DNA from: the human T2T-CHM13v2.0 reference genome, Homo sapiens
Assembly: GCF_009914755.1 (NCBI RefSeq)
Contig: NC_060926.1
DNA: 64,000 bases
Reading direction: 5' to 3' (one strand)
Shown here: positions 39,270-53,849 of the stretch, in pieces
Layout: the number at the start of each line of letters is the position of its first letter
Numbering within the stretch: the first letter of the stretch is position 1
Translations under genes and position numbers: made by a program
The notes under the pieces: model-generated
What the model was told of the DNA's origin: nothing
The model's database searches: none
What the model saw: only the letters and a program-made list of their open reading frames with translations

Positions 39270-41574
39270 TAAAATTCTTATGTATGTACTGTTACCTTAG
39301 GTAATTTGCTATTAAATTAAGGTGAGATGACAACATGGGAATGGGAAATTGCCCTTCATTAGTCTTTCTCTCTGTTTTGCAGAGTTGTATTTACATCATC
39401 TTCAAATGGCTTCTTGAAAATGTATGAAAATAAAAGGACTATATTCTCCTCCAAATTTCTGGGATCCCTACCAGGATTCAGTTGGGGTTCTCCTCTTTGT
39501 GTGGGTACCTGTGAGCATGGTGGCTGAAGTGGGCAGGAGGGAGGCCGTTCTGTGTCTCTTCCTCCTTATTTCATGTGATGCTGCTCCAGAGGCCTGGCTT
39601 GAAAAGAGCAGGACATTCTGCTTAGACAGATGGAGGGCAGGGTCATTTTCAAAATGAAATGAGTGCACAAATCACACTGTGAAATTGGCATGACCATCAC
39701 TGCTGCTGTGATAGACTGACTTTTATCTGGTCTCTGATAGGCAGTTGGGGAATAGATTAGTTTTGTTGGGCGTGGTGGTGAGAGAAGGCTGTTTAATGAT
39801 AGAAATTATGGAAAGAATGAAATAGGGTGGAATATTATAAAGTGTCATAAAGCATCATTTTGTTTGCAATAGGATCTTGAAAACCTGGAGGATATATCAA
39901 AAAGTAAGTGTATCATACCATTTCAATTAATAGGAAAGCATTTGGTGGTTGCAATAAAGTGATTTGGTGACTTGTAGAAAGGAATTGTAGTTTGATGAAA
40001 TTTGAGTTGGACTCAGGGTGGATTTTGCTACACAAAGGGAGACATGTTTATCACGTAGAAGAGTTTCATTTAGGCGAAATAGATAGGAACAAAAAGCATG
40101 ATGCTTGGTTCTTAGCATACTTATGTTCTGCCTGCCAAAATATGCCATGATCAAGTCCCATATTCTATTTGTATGTACAATCTATTTGGCATTCTCTTTT
40201 AAAACTAGTTGGCAGGTATGTCTTATTTATACTGTATCTGTGGCCCCTTTCTGTTGGTAAACATTGTTAATTTGTGAGTTTTTCAACCACAGCTGTGGTC
40301 AAACATCTTCCTTTATAAGGGAGGACCTTCTGCAAATCCATTTTCCAGTTGTTATTTCTTTTTCCCTTGGATTTCAGACCATTTTCTTCAGGATGGACAG
40401 TTTGTGGAGTTCAGTTATCTTGCATCCCCTTTCTCCCACTCCAGTCTTCTACCGTGAACAGAGAAGAAAACTATAAATTAGTGCCAAATTGGAAATATAG
40501 TTGACTGACTTTTTGGAGCATCTGTTCCACCTTTTAAGACTTTGGGAAAGAGTGTATGCTAAAATCAACACTTGAGAACATTTGTCCTCAGATGGTGTGA
40601 CATTTAACCTCATTATGAACTCTCCTTTTGCGGGTAGTTCCAGCTTTATTAATATTTTAATTAGATTTCCTTCTTGAATATCCCTTGCTTTTGATCAAGT
40701 AGCTTGTATTTTGGGGTTTACAGTATTATTGTCTAAATTAACTTCCCAGGGAGAACACAATAGCATTTTGGTTTATAAAAGGGATTAATGGAGAAGGCAA
40801 AACTGTGGATACAGCAGCATTTAAAAAAAAAAATCAACCATGCAGACAAAGAGCTACTCCAAGCCCCTGTGTTTATGCAGTACTTTGAGTATCAGGCCTG
40901 CTTTGCCTAACTTCCCTCATTAATCCTCACAGCCCTTCTGTGAATTAGGTGAGCCTTACTGTGGGCCCCACTTTAAAACTGCAGACTGCAAAGCACAAAG
41001 AAGCCAGTGATTGCAGCAGCCAGCAATGGTGATTGCTTATGCTGGCCAGTAGTGGGTCACACTGCACCTCTTCCCTCTCTCTCCCTGGCCACCTCCTCTC
41101 CAGTCATTTGAATTGGCTTTGGATCATTTGCTGCAGTTTGTTCTAATAGAACAGGCACAATGGTGTAAGAATTTTAAAGTTTAAGCACCGAAGCCGTTGT
41201 GTAATTGTATGGCGACAGTGTGGCTAGCGGCCCTGCATTGATGCGATCCCCCTGTGTAATTGCCCATGCAAATTTGAGCAATCTGTAACGGACACAGGAA
41301 CCCAGCATTTGGCCGCAGACTCTCCTACCTCCAGAAAAACTTCGATAATTTGAAGAACCTTTTGTCATCTTTAAAAAGCTATATGGACAGGCGTGTCCTA
41401 GTGTCCCTCTCACACATGAAAACATCACAGATCAACACAAGGTTAATGGACTAAATTAACAGTCAACATTTAAACTGTAGGTATTTGGATGCTTGCTTCC
41501 TTCTTTCAGCCCTGAAATCACCCTTCTCAAAAGAAATAAAGATTATTCCAGAGCTTTAGTTAAACTCTAAGTAT

Positions 41575-41580
41575 TTTATT
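41575..41580 (-). terminator. PDE11A: Candidate distal poly(A) signal of PDE11A
   Basis: AATAAA on the minus strand with U-rich downstream element; fits the recalled ~6 kb PDE11A 3'UTR. Confidence 0.6.
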
Positions 41581-43102
41581 AAAAACAAAGATATTCAGGT
41601 CTCTTAAAGCGGGCTTCCAAAACTATGGATTAGTTGCTTGTGAAATGGCCAACCTGTCTATAATGTAATATTCTTACAATGAAACATCAGTCTGGGAAAT
41701 CTACACAAAGTGAATGATTTCAAACAACTCAATTGAAAACGTATTTCCTTTCTTTCGTGTAAAACAATAATAATTAGGAAGGAAGTCAGTAGGAGATCCT
41801 TTTTAGGTTATTGTACATGAAAATAAAATGGCAAAAGCAATTTCCCCCCAAGGGAATGAGACTGAACAAAACTTAGCCTCCTATTTCCAATGTTATTTTT
41901 AAAATTTCATCTAAATATGTCTTAATCTAAACTAGAGTAAAAGAAAAATTGAGATTCGAATACACACGCATATACACACAGAAAATGAACACAGATATAA
42001 ACGGTGGCACAAATAATACATTTTTCACAGCAAATACTTCATTACTTAATAAAAAAACACATTTGTGTACTAGCGTATACAATAAATGACATTGGTGTAG
42101 TTATGTTATACAGATAAACAATTTATCTTTAGCAGTGAGGAGAGAGGTACCAAACATGCAAGAACATTCAAAATTAAATTTAAAAAAGTACAACCCCAAA
42201 TTACTAGCTGAAGACAAGGTCATGACAAACAGTGTCAGCATGACATTGGGCATTGCTAAATCTAAATGCTCATCATGAAATTCTCCAGATACACCTCATT
42301 TTATTTCTGCCCTCTATATGTTTTATTCTATTATTCTTCACTTAGGAAGCTGGTGCAATTTTGGCCTTCTTGTAGTCAGACTTAACCTTTACATTTCCTG
42401 ATACATTTGAGTTTTGGGAGTTCTTTACAGCATGTAGCAGAATAACAATTTCAGAGACTGTTACTCTGAAGCAGATAATGAAACTTCATTACAGTGGCAT
42501 TGCCAGAGTTTTTAGGGTCCCAAATTAGGTTTTGTTCTGTTGCTTTAATGAATCCTTTTTGTGTTTTGGTGGTTTTTTTTTTTTTTTCAGCCAAGGCATT
42601 TTTCTTTATATTTAAATCTTTCCCTAGTATGTCTAGGTTTCTGTCCCACTGGAAGGAAATTGTTTCACACTATTACTGGAGATGAAACTGGTTTTTGTCT
42701 TTCTGCAATTTCTAAGAGTCAGCAGGAAAAATAGATTTTAAAATAATTTTACTGCAGAATAAATTGGGCAGATTCTGTTTAATTACCTAGTGTTAAGTGG
42801 AAAAAGTTATGATAAATTTTGATACACAGAAAAAGCAACTGGATTCTGGTAGCATTAATATTAGATAATATTGTTATTACACTAACACAAAATGTTAAAG
42901 ATGATTTCTAACCCAATGTATTTGCAAATATACAATACCTGGAAATGCATAGACATCTCAGATTTTAGAAACAAAATGCATGTGCAATTTTAACTTCTCT
43001 TAACTTTATAAATTCACTTCTAAATTAATGACTACCATTTATGGGATATGTGTGATATCAGATAATCTAAAATTGTTTTTTATGAAATAAAAGGACATAT
43101 AA

Positions 43103-43390
43103 GGTGGGTGTGGTGGTTCATATCTCTAACCCTAACACTTTGGGAGGCCAAGGCAGGAGGATTGCTTGAGCCCAGGAGTTCGAGACCAGTGTGGTCAGCA
43201 TAGTGAGGCCTCGTCTTTACAAACAATACAAAATTTAGCTGGGTGTGGTGGTGCACACCTGTGGTCCCAGCTACTCATGAGGCTGAGGCAGGAAAGATCA
43301 CTTAAGTTGGAGAGGTCAAGGCTGCAGTGGCTGTGATTGTGCCACTGCCCTCCAGCCTGGGTGACAGAGCAAGACCCTGTCTCAAAAAAA
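43103..43390 (+). mobile_element. Alu (AluJ-like) in PDE11A 3'UTR
   Basis: Full dimer; TSD AAAAGGACATAT. Confidence 0.9.
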
Positions 43391-45331
43391 GGACATATCT
43401 TTTTTTAAATTGTATTGATGACTACATCTTTCATCATAATTAGAGACAGGCTCAAGATACATCTGTAGTATGATTGTGCTTACATCTACCCCATATATGT
43501 AAGTTTTATTATGTCTTTATTAAGAAGATGACTGCTTTAGGTTTGTTGCTATTTTATTTGAGAAGAATAAAAAAGAAAATTATCTGGAAAATTTCTTTAA
43601 AGCTAAACACGTCTTGGTCCTTTGGTGTGGGGACTGAATAAAAGTCAGTGCTTTTATGTAATAGATGGAGATTCTAAGACTTGGAGAGTCCTAAGATTAC
43701 AGGTTCAGCTGGTGGCCAAGCTAGGAGGGAGTTCCAGTCTGCTATGCACTGAATGGCACCCTTTGCAGTATGTGAAGCTGTCCCTACCCACCAGGATTGC
43801 CACTACATTGTAGATTGTGCACATAATAGCTACATAGTGACTAGTAAGAATAAATATGTCTGAAAAAAATACATCTCATCGAAAAAGTAGGATGAAGTTA
43901 TTTCAACAATTAATGCCAAGAGACCTGAGGAAGCAAACATAATCTGGTCAGTTTGAGTTTTTACAAGAAGGCTCATATTTCAAATGTCTTTCTCCAATAG
44001 GAAATAAACATTAATAATAAGGACTGGGAAACTTCCTTTCTCTTTTTTGGAAAAGCAGATTATATGGATAACTGCATATGCCTCACATTCTTGCAAAATT
44101 ATAAATTGTTTAGAAAAGGGATTAAAAACGCCTGAAACCCGCAAGAGTTCAACCTCTAACCTCTGGGGTTGTTGGCACCAGGAAGCTGCTACCTTCCTGT
44201 CCACTGCTTCATAGTCATGGAGACACAGACCCATGGCATTAGTCAGCAGTTTCTAAATCTTGACCCACAATAGGAAAGATACCTCAAGACAGGAGAAATA
44301 GATGGAGGCAATTACAAACAGCTACTAGATTGATGGTTGACATTGTCAGGGCTCCACTGTATGGCAGATTGCAATGGTGTTGAACTCCCCTTGCTACCAG
44401 TGGATGTTGCTATTGGCAACCATGCAGTGAAGCCAATAAAACGGCAAGAAAATGAGAGGAAAACTCAACCTTAGTGGAAGCTTGTAGGGTTTATGCTATA
44501 AATTATGTTCCCCTTAGCAATATGTAGCATCAATGTTCAGGATAGCTACAGTGCTCACGGCAGCCTGCAGTCTCTGTCAGACCCTGGGTCCAGTTTTGTC
44601 ATAAAGCACATGCTTTAAAATGTTGCTGTAGATGGACTGGCATCCATTTGTCTGGGCTATTTATTTATTTATTGTTGGGGAGGATAACAGATGTGGGCTC
44701 ATCTCTGCCTCACACAGACTGATTTTCAATTCCCGTTCGTGATATAAACATGATGTGGCACATTACCCAGAAACACCTGCAGTGCTTCGGAGCTGCAGAC
44801 ACATCACGATCTCGCAGACCAGACTCTGTCCCTGACTCCACCCACCCTTTGTTCCCCACCTGAAGGAGGAGAGACAGCCCTGCAGAAGCTATTTTCCTTT
44901 ATAGCAGAGTGATACAGAAAACTGGCTTAATAAAATCCATAAATCTGAACAACCTCCTCTTACCTGCTCTGCAGAGGCAGTTTTTTCCTGCATTCATTTC
45001 CCCCTCTACTTTCTCCAGTCTTCCCTGCAGAGACAGCTGTAAAGGGTAGCTAGGAACATTATTTTTTAGGGCTCTCACTCCTTCCTTCTCCCCTTTCTCA
45101 AACCCCTCCCTGCTCAAGTGTCTCTCTTTTCTGAGCAATTGATGACAGGGTTCTACACCTTCATTTTTTTTGGTTGGAAGTGCCATTTTTCTTTGTTTGG
45201 ATTGACTTTCACCTTTTTTTTTTTTTTTCATTTCCCTTAACCACCTGTCTCGGTCCCTGTCTTTCCTTTACTGGTGTTCTTACGTTTCTTTTTCTTCTTG
45301 CTTTTATTCCCCTCTTAGTCTGGTTTATACT

Positions 45332-45639
45332 TTTTTTTTTTTTTTTTTTTTTTTTTGAGACGGAGTCTCGCTGGTCGCCCAGGCTGGAGGGCAGTGACGT
45401 GATCTCGACTCACTGCAAGCTCCGCCTCGCGGGTTCCCGCCATTCTCTTGCCTCAGCCTCCCCAGTAGCTGGGACTACAGACGCCTGCCACCGCGCCTGG
45501 CTAATTTGTTTTGTATTTTTTAGTAGAGACAGGGTTTCACCGTGTTAGCCAGGACGGTCTCGATCTCCTGACCTCGTGATCCGCCCGCCTCGGCCTTCCA
45601 AATTGCTGGGATTACAGGCGTGAGCCACCGCGCCCGGTC
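45332..45639 (-). mobile_element. AluY-like in PDE11A 3'UTR
   Basis: Long poly-T; CTGCAAGCTCCGCC and CCGTGTTAGCCAGG Y diagnostics; many CpGs. Confidence 0.9.
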
Positions 45640-45867
45640 TATACATTTCTTTTACTTTGTTTCTTGCCATAAAGAGTCTTTTTCTCTACAATTACCTGCT
45701 CTCCCCTCAATTCCATTTTGGTATCTTAATTTTACCCATTCCTTCTTCAGACATTTCCTGAATTGTCTACTGTGTGCCAGGAAAACAATGTCGCATGTAG
45801 AACATGGCCCCTATTTCTTTAATATCTGTAAAGTTAATGATTGATAATGATTAATAACAATAACAAG

Positions 45868-46217
<350 letters not shown>

Positions 46218-47710
46218 TTAAGAGCTAGAATGGCTCTCAGGTTTAATCTAGGCCAGGGATTTTCAAACTCTTCAGAGTCCCTGTGGACCCCCATGTATGT
46301 AATCAAAGAGATGAAGGTTTGTAGGTGCTCTGGATGTCCAAACCCTGCTTATAATTCACATAGGAATTCAGCTTTTTGACGTTTTATATGTTGGGGATTC
46401 ATTGAAAGATTTATTTGAACAAAGAGTTGTAAGGTTAAAACATGTTCGAGAATCGTTTCCTAGTGTAATCTAATTTGACAAATAAGGAAACAAGCTTGTA
46501 GAAGTTAAGCGACTTGTTCAAGTCAATCCAGTCAATAATGCCAAAGCTAAGGATAGAAATCTATCTTCTAGCCCAATGTTCTTTGGATAACACATACCAT
46601 GTCCACAATTTCTCAATATAGGGAGCAAAGCAGCTTTCTAGTCATTACATCTACTTAATACAGTTTATTCTTACCTATTGTAAACCTGGCTTCCTATAGA
46701 ATATGCGTTCTTTGCCCAGACTGTTATTTCTTAACATTTGAAGCATTGTTTCTTACACTTAAGGAAAAATCCAAAATTAGGGACCCCTATAGTTTGCTTT
46801 AAGTTGGTTACTGGTAGTAATCTTAAATTTTATACCAGAACTCCTCACTAGGAGAACTCAAGGTAGTCAATGCTTATTCTCCATGGCTCTGCTCTGTCCT
46901 GTGAACTATAGTTTCTAGATGTCACTTGTGGTAAATCCAGCTACAGATTTCCTTCCACCCTTACTTTAATCAAAATCTATCAATCCATTCCTTCTGGGAG
47001 AAAACTTTGTCTGTAATGAAGGTTGAATTTTAAAACTCTGGAAAAGGGTACCATAGTCCCAGTCTAGAATTACCCATCAAACACATTTGCTATAGTCCTA
47101 CTATGTATTCATTTTTAGGGGGAGAACTGGGATTGATCAGTATTTATAAGGATAGTATAGTTTACCTTTTAGGTAGGCAATTCTAAAGGATCCATCAATA
47201 AGAAGCTCTAGGATTAAAAATAAAATACCTCTATGGAATACAAATTAGGATTCTTGGGACAGTCTGGCACAAAAAGGCATTCAGGGACGGGAAGCAAAGA
47301 CAGGCAATGTTTGGCTTGTAACAAACAGAAAAGCCCTATACAAAATGAAGCAGCGCTAATGACGCTTTTACTGTTCAGTGTTCCCTCAGCTCAGAGTAAG
47401 TAGGCCGACTGTCCACAGGTCCTTGGATCCAAAACAGTCCCCTACCCAGAGCCTTCATTTCAGCCCATGCGTGTTCATTAGGGAAAAGTGAGGGTCCTGG
47501 GGTGTGCTCCCTGCCCCACCTCTTTCTTTGTCCTTCCCGTTGCTCTCTCTGCTGCTGACCATGCTTCAAGGTGAAAGCCCAGGCATGGTTCCCAGTGCAT
47601 CCTTGAGATGTTAGGTCTTTCTGAGCTAAAAGAACAAAAGGATGACATTGCTGGACTGAAAATGGCCCTTCAGGCTGTAGTCATTTTGCAGCTGCAGCTG
47701 ACCTGGAGGT

Positions 47711-47869
47711 TTAGTTCCTGTCTTCCTTGGCTACCATAACACTGGCAGGGGAGGAGGATGAGGCAGTTGAGGCCAGCAGTCGTTTTTGGTGTAGCTCTTC
47801 CCACTTACTTCTGTTTGTAGCTACTGAATCTAGCATCGGCTTCAGTTTCACGTTGACCTTCACCAGTGC
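47711..47869 (-). CDS. PDE11A: Final coding exon of dual cAMP/cGMP phosphodiesterase 11A (partial CDS; upstream exons lie beyond the window)
   Basis: After acceptor ...TTTTGTTTTAG it reads ALVKVNVKLKPMLDSVATNRSKWEELHQKRLLASTASSSSPASVMVAKEDRN*, the PDE11A C-terminus; absent from the ORF track because it is under 60 aa. Confidence 0.95.
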   Translation of the reverse strand, partial: ALVKVNVKLKPMLDSVATNRSKWEELHQKRLLASTASSSSPASVMVAKEDRN

Positions 47870-49480
47870 CTAAAACAAAACAAAACAAAACACAGGTGGA
47901 GGAGAGAGGAAACAGAGTAACTGACATGATTTTCCACCTTTCACTTATGAGGAGAATGGAAACTGGCTATAGGAAATGAAAGTGATGATTATTTTGGTAA
48001 ACAAGAGCTATTTACAAGAAGTAAATATGCATTTAACACCAATATGTTGTATTAATAGAGCCTACTTAGAGAATGAAAAAATAAGACATCACCAGCATGG
48101 CTGTGTACAACTCTAGGGGACACCAGCCATGTAGACTCAAATCCTGTTTTACAACTACATCAAGCAAGACAGGAAACAAAATATCCAGCTCACATATGCC
48201 TACTTACATGTGCATCTTTGCCTGCCACAGAGGGCTCCAGATCTCAATTGACTATGCACTTAAATTTTTACAAAATAATCCTACAATTGCTTTACCATAG
48301 ATGACTCTGGGTGGACTTACTTGAATAGGAAAGGTCAGGTAAAATCCTGAAATGAGGAGGTGCTCATTTTTAAAGCTAAAGATCTGGGAGTTGTGCTAAA
48401 TATACAAAGCATGGAAACATGCATGGAAATAGACATGGCAGAAAGGGAAGCAGTGTGGAAGAGAGTGACAGAGGGATGAAAGGGGGATGAGGGAAGAGGA
48501 AATGTAGGGTGTGGCCAGGGGCAGATGGACGACCAGGCTGATGAAAGTCAGGCTTCAGCATCCTCACTTGTGCCAGACCCTTCTAAGTATATTCTTTTGT
48601 GCTTAATTTTGTGTGTGTGTGTTTTTAAGAGTCCTCCTGTTCCCAAATGGTATAAGCTTGTCTCACCGCTCCTGGGTTGCCCCTGGTAGTGGAATGAGAG
48701 CCCTAAAAGTAAGATGGCTTACTTTAATTTAATGCAAATGAGTCCATCTTCAGCTTTCATATCAGAGGGCTTCTCCAAGATAGGGGGTAACATGGGGGCA
48801 GGGCCGAGGATTTTGTTTCTGAACTGGGACTAGAACAAATTCAAGGAGCTCAGATTAAAGAGCAATAGGTAAATATTTTACAGGTCAGAGGAGCATGGAA
48901 TTTACTCTGCCCAACAGGAAAATTCCACTATTCTCTACTTTACTGATTATTTTCTTTCTTTTAAATGCATGAATATCTACATTTTCCTTATTTTAATTTT
49001 TTTTTACTTTTCATAATGAAAGGCTTCTAACATATTCAACCAGTAAAATATGATCAGCAAAAATCTCTATTATGTATCTATATGCCTGTAAAGATGAATA
49101 ATAAGTAAAGCCACCCATGTAAAACATATGTAACAAAGGATCTAGGAGCCTTTTAATTTTCTGGACAGCTCAATGAAAAGGGAAATAAGATTTTGATGAC
49201 ATTTAACTTTTAGAAACATGGTCTTTGTCCTTTTAAACCATGAGGTTTTGGGGGGTTGTTTTAAAAATAATACCTTTTCTTCCCTTCACAGTTATTTTAT
49301 ATATTTTAAGTAACATGTTAGCGTTAGAAAATATAGAAACAATAGGTTTAAAAAGTAGGAAATGGAGATAATTTATAATCTCATAACTCAAGAGATAGAC
49401 ACTACTAACTTTTGGGTTTTGCCTTGAATGGAATCTTTATTATGTTTCTAACTGGTGAAATGATCAGAACATCTAAAATA

Positions 49481-49812
<332 letters not shown>

Positions 49813-49860
<48 letters not shown>

Positions 49861-49971
49861 CGTGTATATATATATACACACACATATATATGTGTGTGTA
49901 TATATATACATATATGTGTGTATATATATATACATATATATGTGTGTGTATATATACACACATATATATAT
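49813..49971. repeat. Compound (TA)n/(TG)n/(CA)n microsatellite
   Basis: Near-pure purine-pyrimidine alternation directly after the Alu poly-A. Confidence 0.95.
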
Positions 49972-52680
49972 GGTATTTTATAATCTCAGTTTAAAAATGG
50001 ACAGAATCAATGAGAATGTATGGATTTTTAAGTATTCATACTTCTTGGGCCTGTTTTCCATCTCCAGGGTCTGAAAGAAGTATAAAAAGCTGGCATCCCA
50101 CGTGGATGAGGGGGAGCTTCTGTTAACACCTAACACCTCCTATGTGTTAAACACATTGCCAGCTGCTCTGCATACTTCATCTCAGCTATTCCTCACAATG
50201 ACTGTGCATCTTACAGATGATAAAACATGTCCCCCACATGTTAGGATCATAAATGATCCTTAGCCTTTCCATCACAGGAGGAAGGTAAGAATCCATATAG
50301 GAAGTTAGGGCTTCCTTTTGTAATCTTTCCATTTGTTTTGGAAGCTATGGAGAAAACCATTGTTTTTCTCAAGTAAAAGTCAGGGATAGGACACTAGCCT
50401 GCCATATAGAATGAAGATATAGAGAAATCTGCTGAGGACGTAACATAAAAGGGAAGCTCTTAAAGAGTCAAGAAGAAAAACCAAGGAATAATAAGATACA
50501 CATCTTGAAATTGTATGGCTTCAACCTTTGTCAATGCACAATTCCAACCAGCTAGTAATTGTATCATTCCTGTTTTTAGAGACTGTGATGGTGATGAGGA
50601 GACTGAAGACATGAACTTCTGAGGACACATTGAATGTGATTGCTGTTGTCATCAATTTGGGGTAAGGGTTGACACCAGGACCTTTCTTCTGACTTATTCA
50701 TACCCATCTCTCCTTTCTTCTCTCCTCTTATCCATTAATTCTATCACCCATCATCTTGCATATGTATACAACTCTCATGAATTCTGACATTGTTCTTTGA
50801 ATGTAATCTTATGTCACTTGAGGCCTCCCCAACCCTTTAGACTTGAGATTAGACCTCAAATCTATTTCATGCTCTGGGGGACCTTTCAGACTCCTGCCAG
50901 TGATTTCCAAGTCTTACTTCCTTGTACTCTTTGACTTCTTCTTGAGTCTATTTGGCCCTCTTGACTCCATTCTGCATCATTCCTAATGCAGTATTTCACT
51001 TTATTTCCCCTTTTCACAGGAAATCCCATCACCCTCAACATTTTGGATGCCTACTAACTGTACCGAACTTTAGAGGTTGTCATAGGGGAAGTGACTTACC
51101 CACTGACTTACTCTTACATACTCCTTTTCATCTCAAAGGGCACAGTCTTTTACCCCATGGAGAGTAATCCAGTTTTCTCCCCAGCCCTAGCTCACTGCTT
51201 TTATACAGATCTGGACTGCCAGCCAGCCAGTTTTTTCCCAGGCTCCCCAGAATTCTGACAAATTAAAGTTTCCCTTTCTTGTTGCACTAAGGCCTATAAG
51301 GTAGTTTTTATTTTCCTTATAAAGAAATAAAAGAAAGAACACAGAAGTTGTGAGATTATTAGCCTATGGAAAGGTGATTTCCCACTTTATGCTTTGGGTC
51401 AGTTAGCTATTTTTTGTTCTGTGGACAGGGTTATATCCCTGGTCCCGTGTAAACACCTTGCAGGTGCATCCCATTCATCACAAGGGGGACAAAAGGTGAA
51501 CATATCATTAAACCACTATGATTTCAGCACACCTTGTGAAAAGCCTTCTCCAAGCATGACTGTGGTTAGGGAGTAGTCAATAGTAAGTCCTCCAACAGGA
51601 AGAATAGCTCTTTTTCTGTTAGAATGCCAGAGTGTATGACTCCAAGCACAACTGCAAACCACCTGTTAGTAAACCTAATTTATCTGCTCAAATAATCCTC
51701 TGCTCCAGGGAGTTATATGAATATGAGTAAAATGTAACTAGATGTAAGTTAACGGAGTGGGGGTGGGGGTTGAAAGCCTGATGTCCTTAAGACAGAGTAT
51801 GTTCTGTCTCTCTCTTAACAGTGATATTTATCACACTAAACAGAAACATCTAATTTTAAATCAAATTTACTAGTTATTTCATATGATAATAAAACAAAGC
51901 AACATTGTAACTCCAGCAGCGATCAAAATCCCCTTTATTTCCATGAGAAAAATACAGGTGCTTGTTTTCCACTCAATGCATAGTGTTTTTATTTAGACAA
52001 TAGTGTGAGGGAGCCACAACTGCCATGGTTTTATTTAGTATAGCTTGGCACCAGCTCCTCTTTACTCTGATCAAGCCTTTTAATTAAACTGACTACTATA
52101 ATTCCTATGGAAATTAGTGTTTATGTTATTTTCCTGCTACAAAAGCATTTCTCCAGAACTTATTTTTTTTAATCCCAGGAGCATAAATTGGAATTTTTTT
52201 CTGCTTGATATGTAATTAAAAACTCATTTGATTACAATATTTCTGGCTCTGTTTTACTTATTAAATTCCTGTAATCAGTTTTCTTTTATGAAGCTGCTGG
52301 GAAATGATCTCAAAAGCAACACATTTTTTTCTTCCCTGGCAGGTACCCAAGCATTTACTAAATTACATTCATAGCACCTGCCCATGATTCGAATCATTCC
52401 ACCAATTTATTCCTTAAGCCATTTAAGTTTATTTGGCATAGCCCCAAACAGCTTTCTTCCCTTTATCCTTGCTCTTTGTTCTCCTTCTTGCTTCCTTTGT
52501 ATGGAATAAAGAAATTGGGGAGGGAGGAGGAATACATATTTCTCAGAATTCCTTTCTCTTTGTTTTATATTCTCCTGAAACACAGAATTGCCATACTAGA
52601 ATATCGTTTTCCTGTGGCCAGGTGCTGGTTCTAGGCAAAGGTAACAAAACTCCTATCTTGAAAACTTACTTTTTCTCTCT

Positions 52681-52979
52681 TTTTTTTTTTTTTTTTGTGA
52701 GAAGGAGTCTCGCTCTGACGCCCAGGCTGGAGTGCAGTGGGGCGATCTCGGCTCACTCCAAGCTCCGCCTCCCTGGTTCAAGCGATTCTCTTGCTCAGCT
52801 TCCGGAGCAGCTCGGACTACAGGCGCCCGCCACCATGCCTGGCTAATTTTTTTGTATTTTTAGTAGGGACGGGGTTTCACTGTGTTAGCCAGGGTGGTCT
52901 CCGTCTCCTGACCTCGTGATCCCCCCGCCTCCGCCTCCCAAAGTGCTGGGATTACAGGCGTGAGCCACCGCGCCCGGCC
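52681..52979 (-). mobile_element. AluY/Sc-like, CpG-rich
   Basis: Antisense dimer ending CGCGCCCGGCC. Confidence 0.9.
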
Positions 52980-53849
52980 GACTTATTCTTACACTCTTAA
53001 TTTGTTACAGAAATGCAGTTAGCTGAGAGAATATGGAACTATTAAAATACTAGTAAAGCAAGGGTTTATCCACGAACCTAAATTCCAAGGCTTATGGTGA
53101 TTATGTGTAGTGAGTCATCAGCAAGAGAATTGCTTCTAGTATTTAAAAGTTTCTTATCAAGTGATACGGGATGGGTTCTGTGAGAATGCTATTGTCTAGT
53201 TTGACTTGCTCCTCAGTGAAAGAGAAGGGGGGAAACTTAGCACCCATCTGATCACTCTCCATATACACACGGAGGAACTCTAAAGGTTATGTATGCGGCT
53301 GCATCAGCCTCAAGACACCTGACTCTCCTCTGTGGCATCCCTGCTGCGTGACCACACAGCTACCGTTGAAACTCTTTCAGAGGCAGTGCGTGCACAACCT
53401 CCCAGGGGAGTCCATTTAGTTTTTGATTGTTCTGTTTTTAAAATGTTGTTCCTTTATGTTGGACTGAAATCTATACCCCTGTAACTTCTACCTAATGGTT
53501 CTAATCCTTAGGGTGCTCTTTCTTTAAACCAGAATTTTCTTTAGTAGTGTAGGACTGATAACTCAGGTTTTGTTTCAAGTGTAGGTTAGAGTTGATGCTG
53601 ACCTAAAAACCCTATTTGGGATGCAGTGCTTCTCCCTTGGGGCAACCTTTTTGACATCACTGGGTCCCCATGTTCCTTCCAGTTCCCTCCTGGCCCATCG
53701 CAGACAGGACCTCGGATACTTGCCCCACTATGGGACACAGCCTGGGCATCTGGTCATCTAGGTGGCCAAGGGACCCCACTTATTTCCTGATTTCATTCAC
53801 ACTCCACTGTTGAGTTCTCTTGTGACCAGCATATACAGTTTATTCCGTA

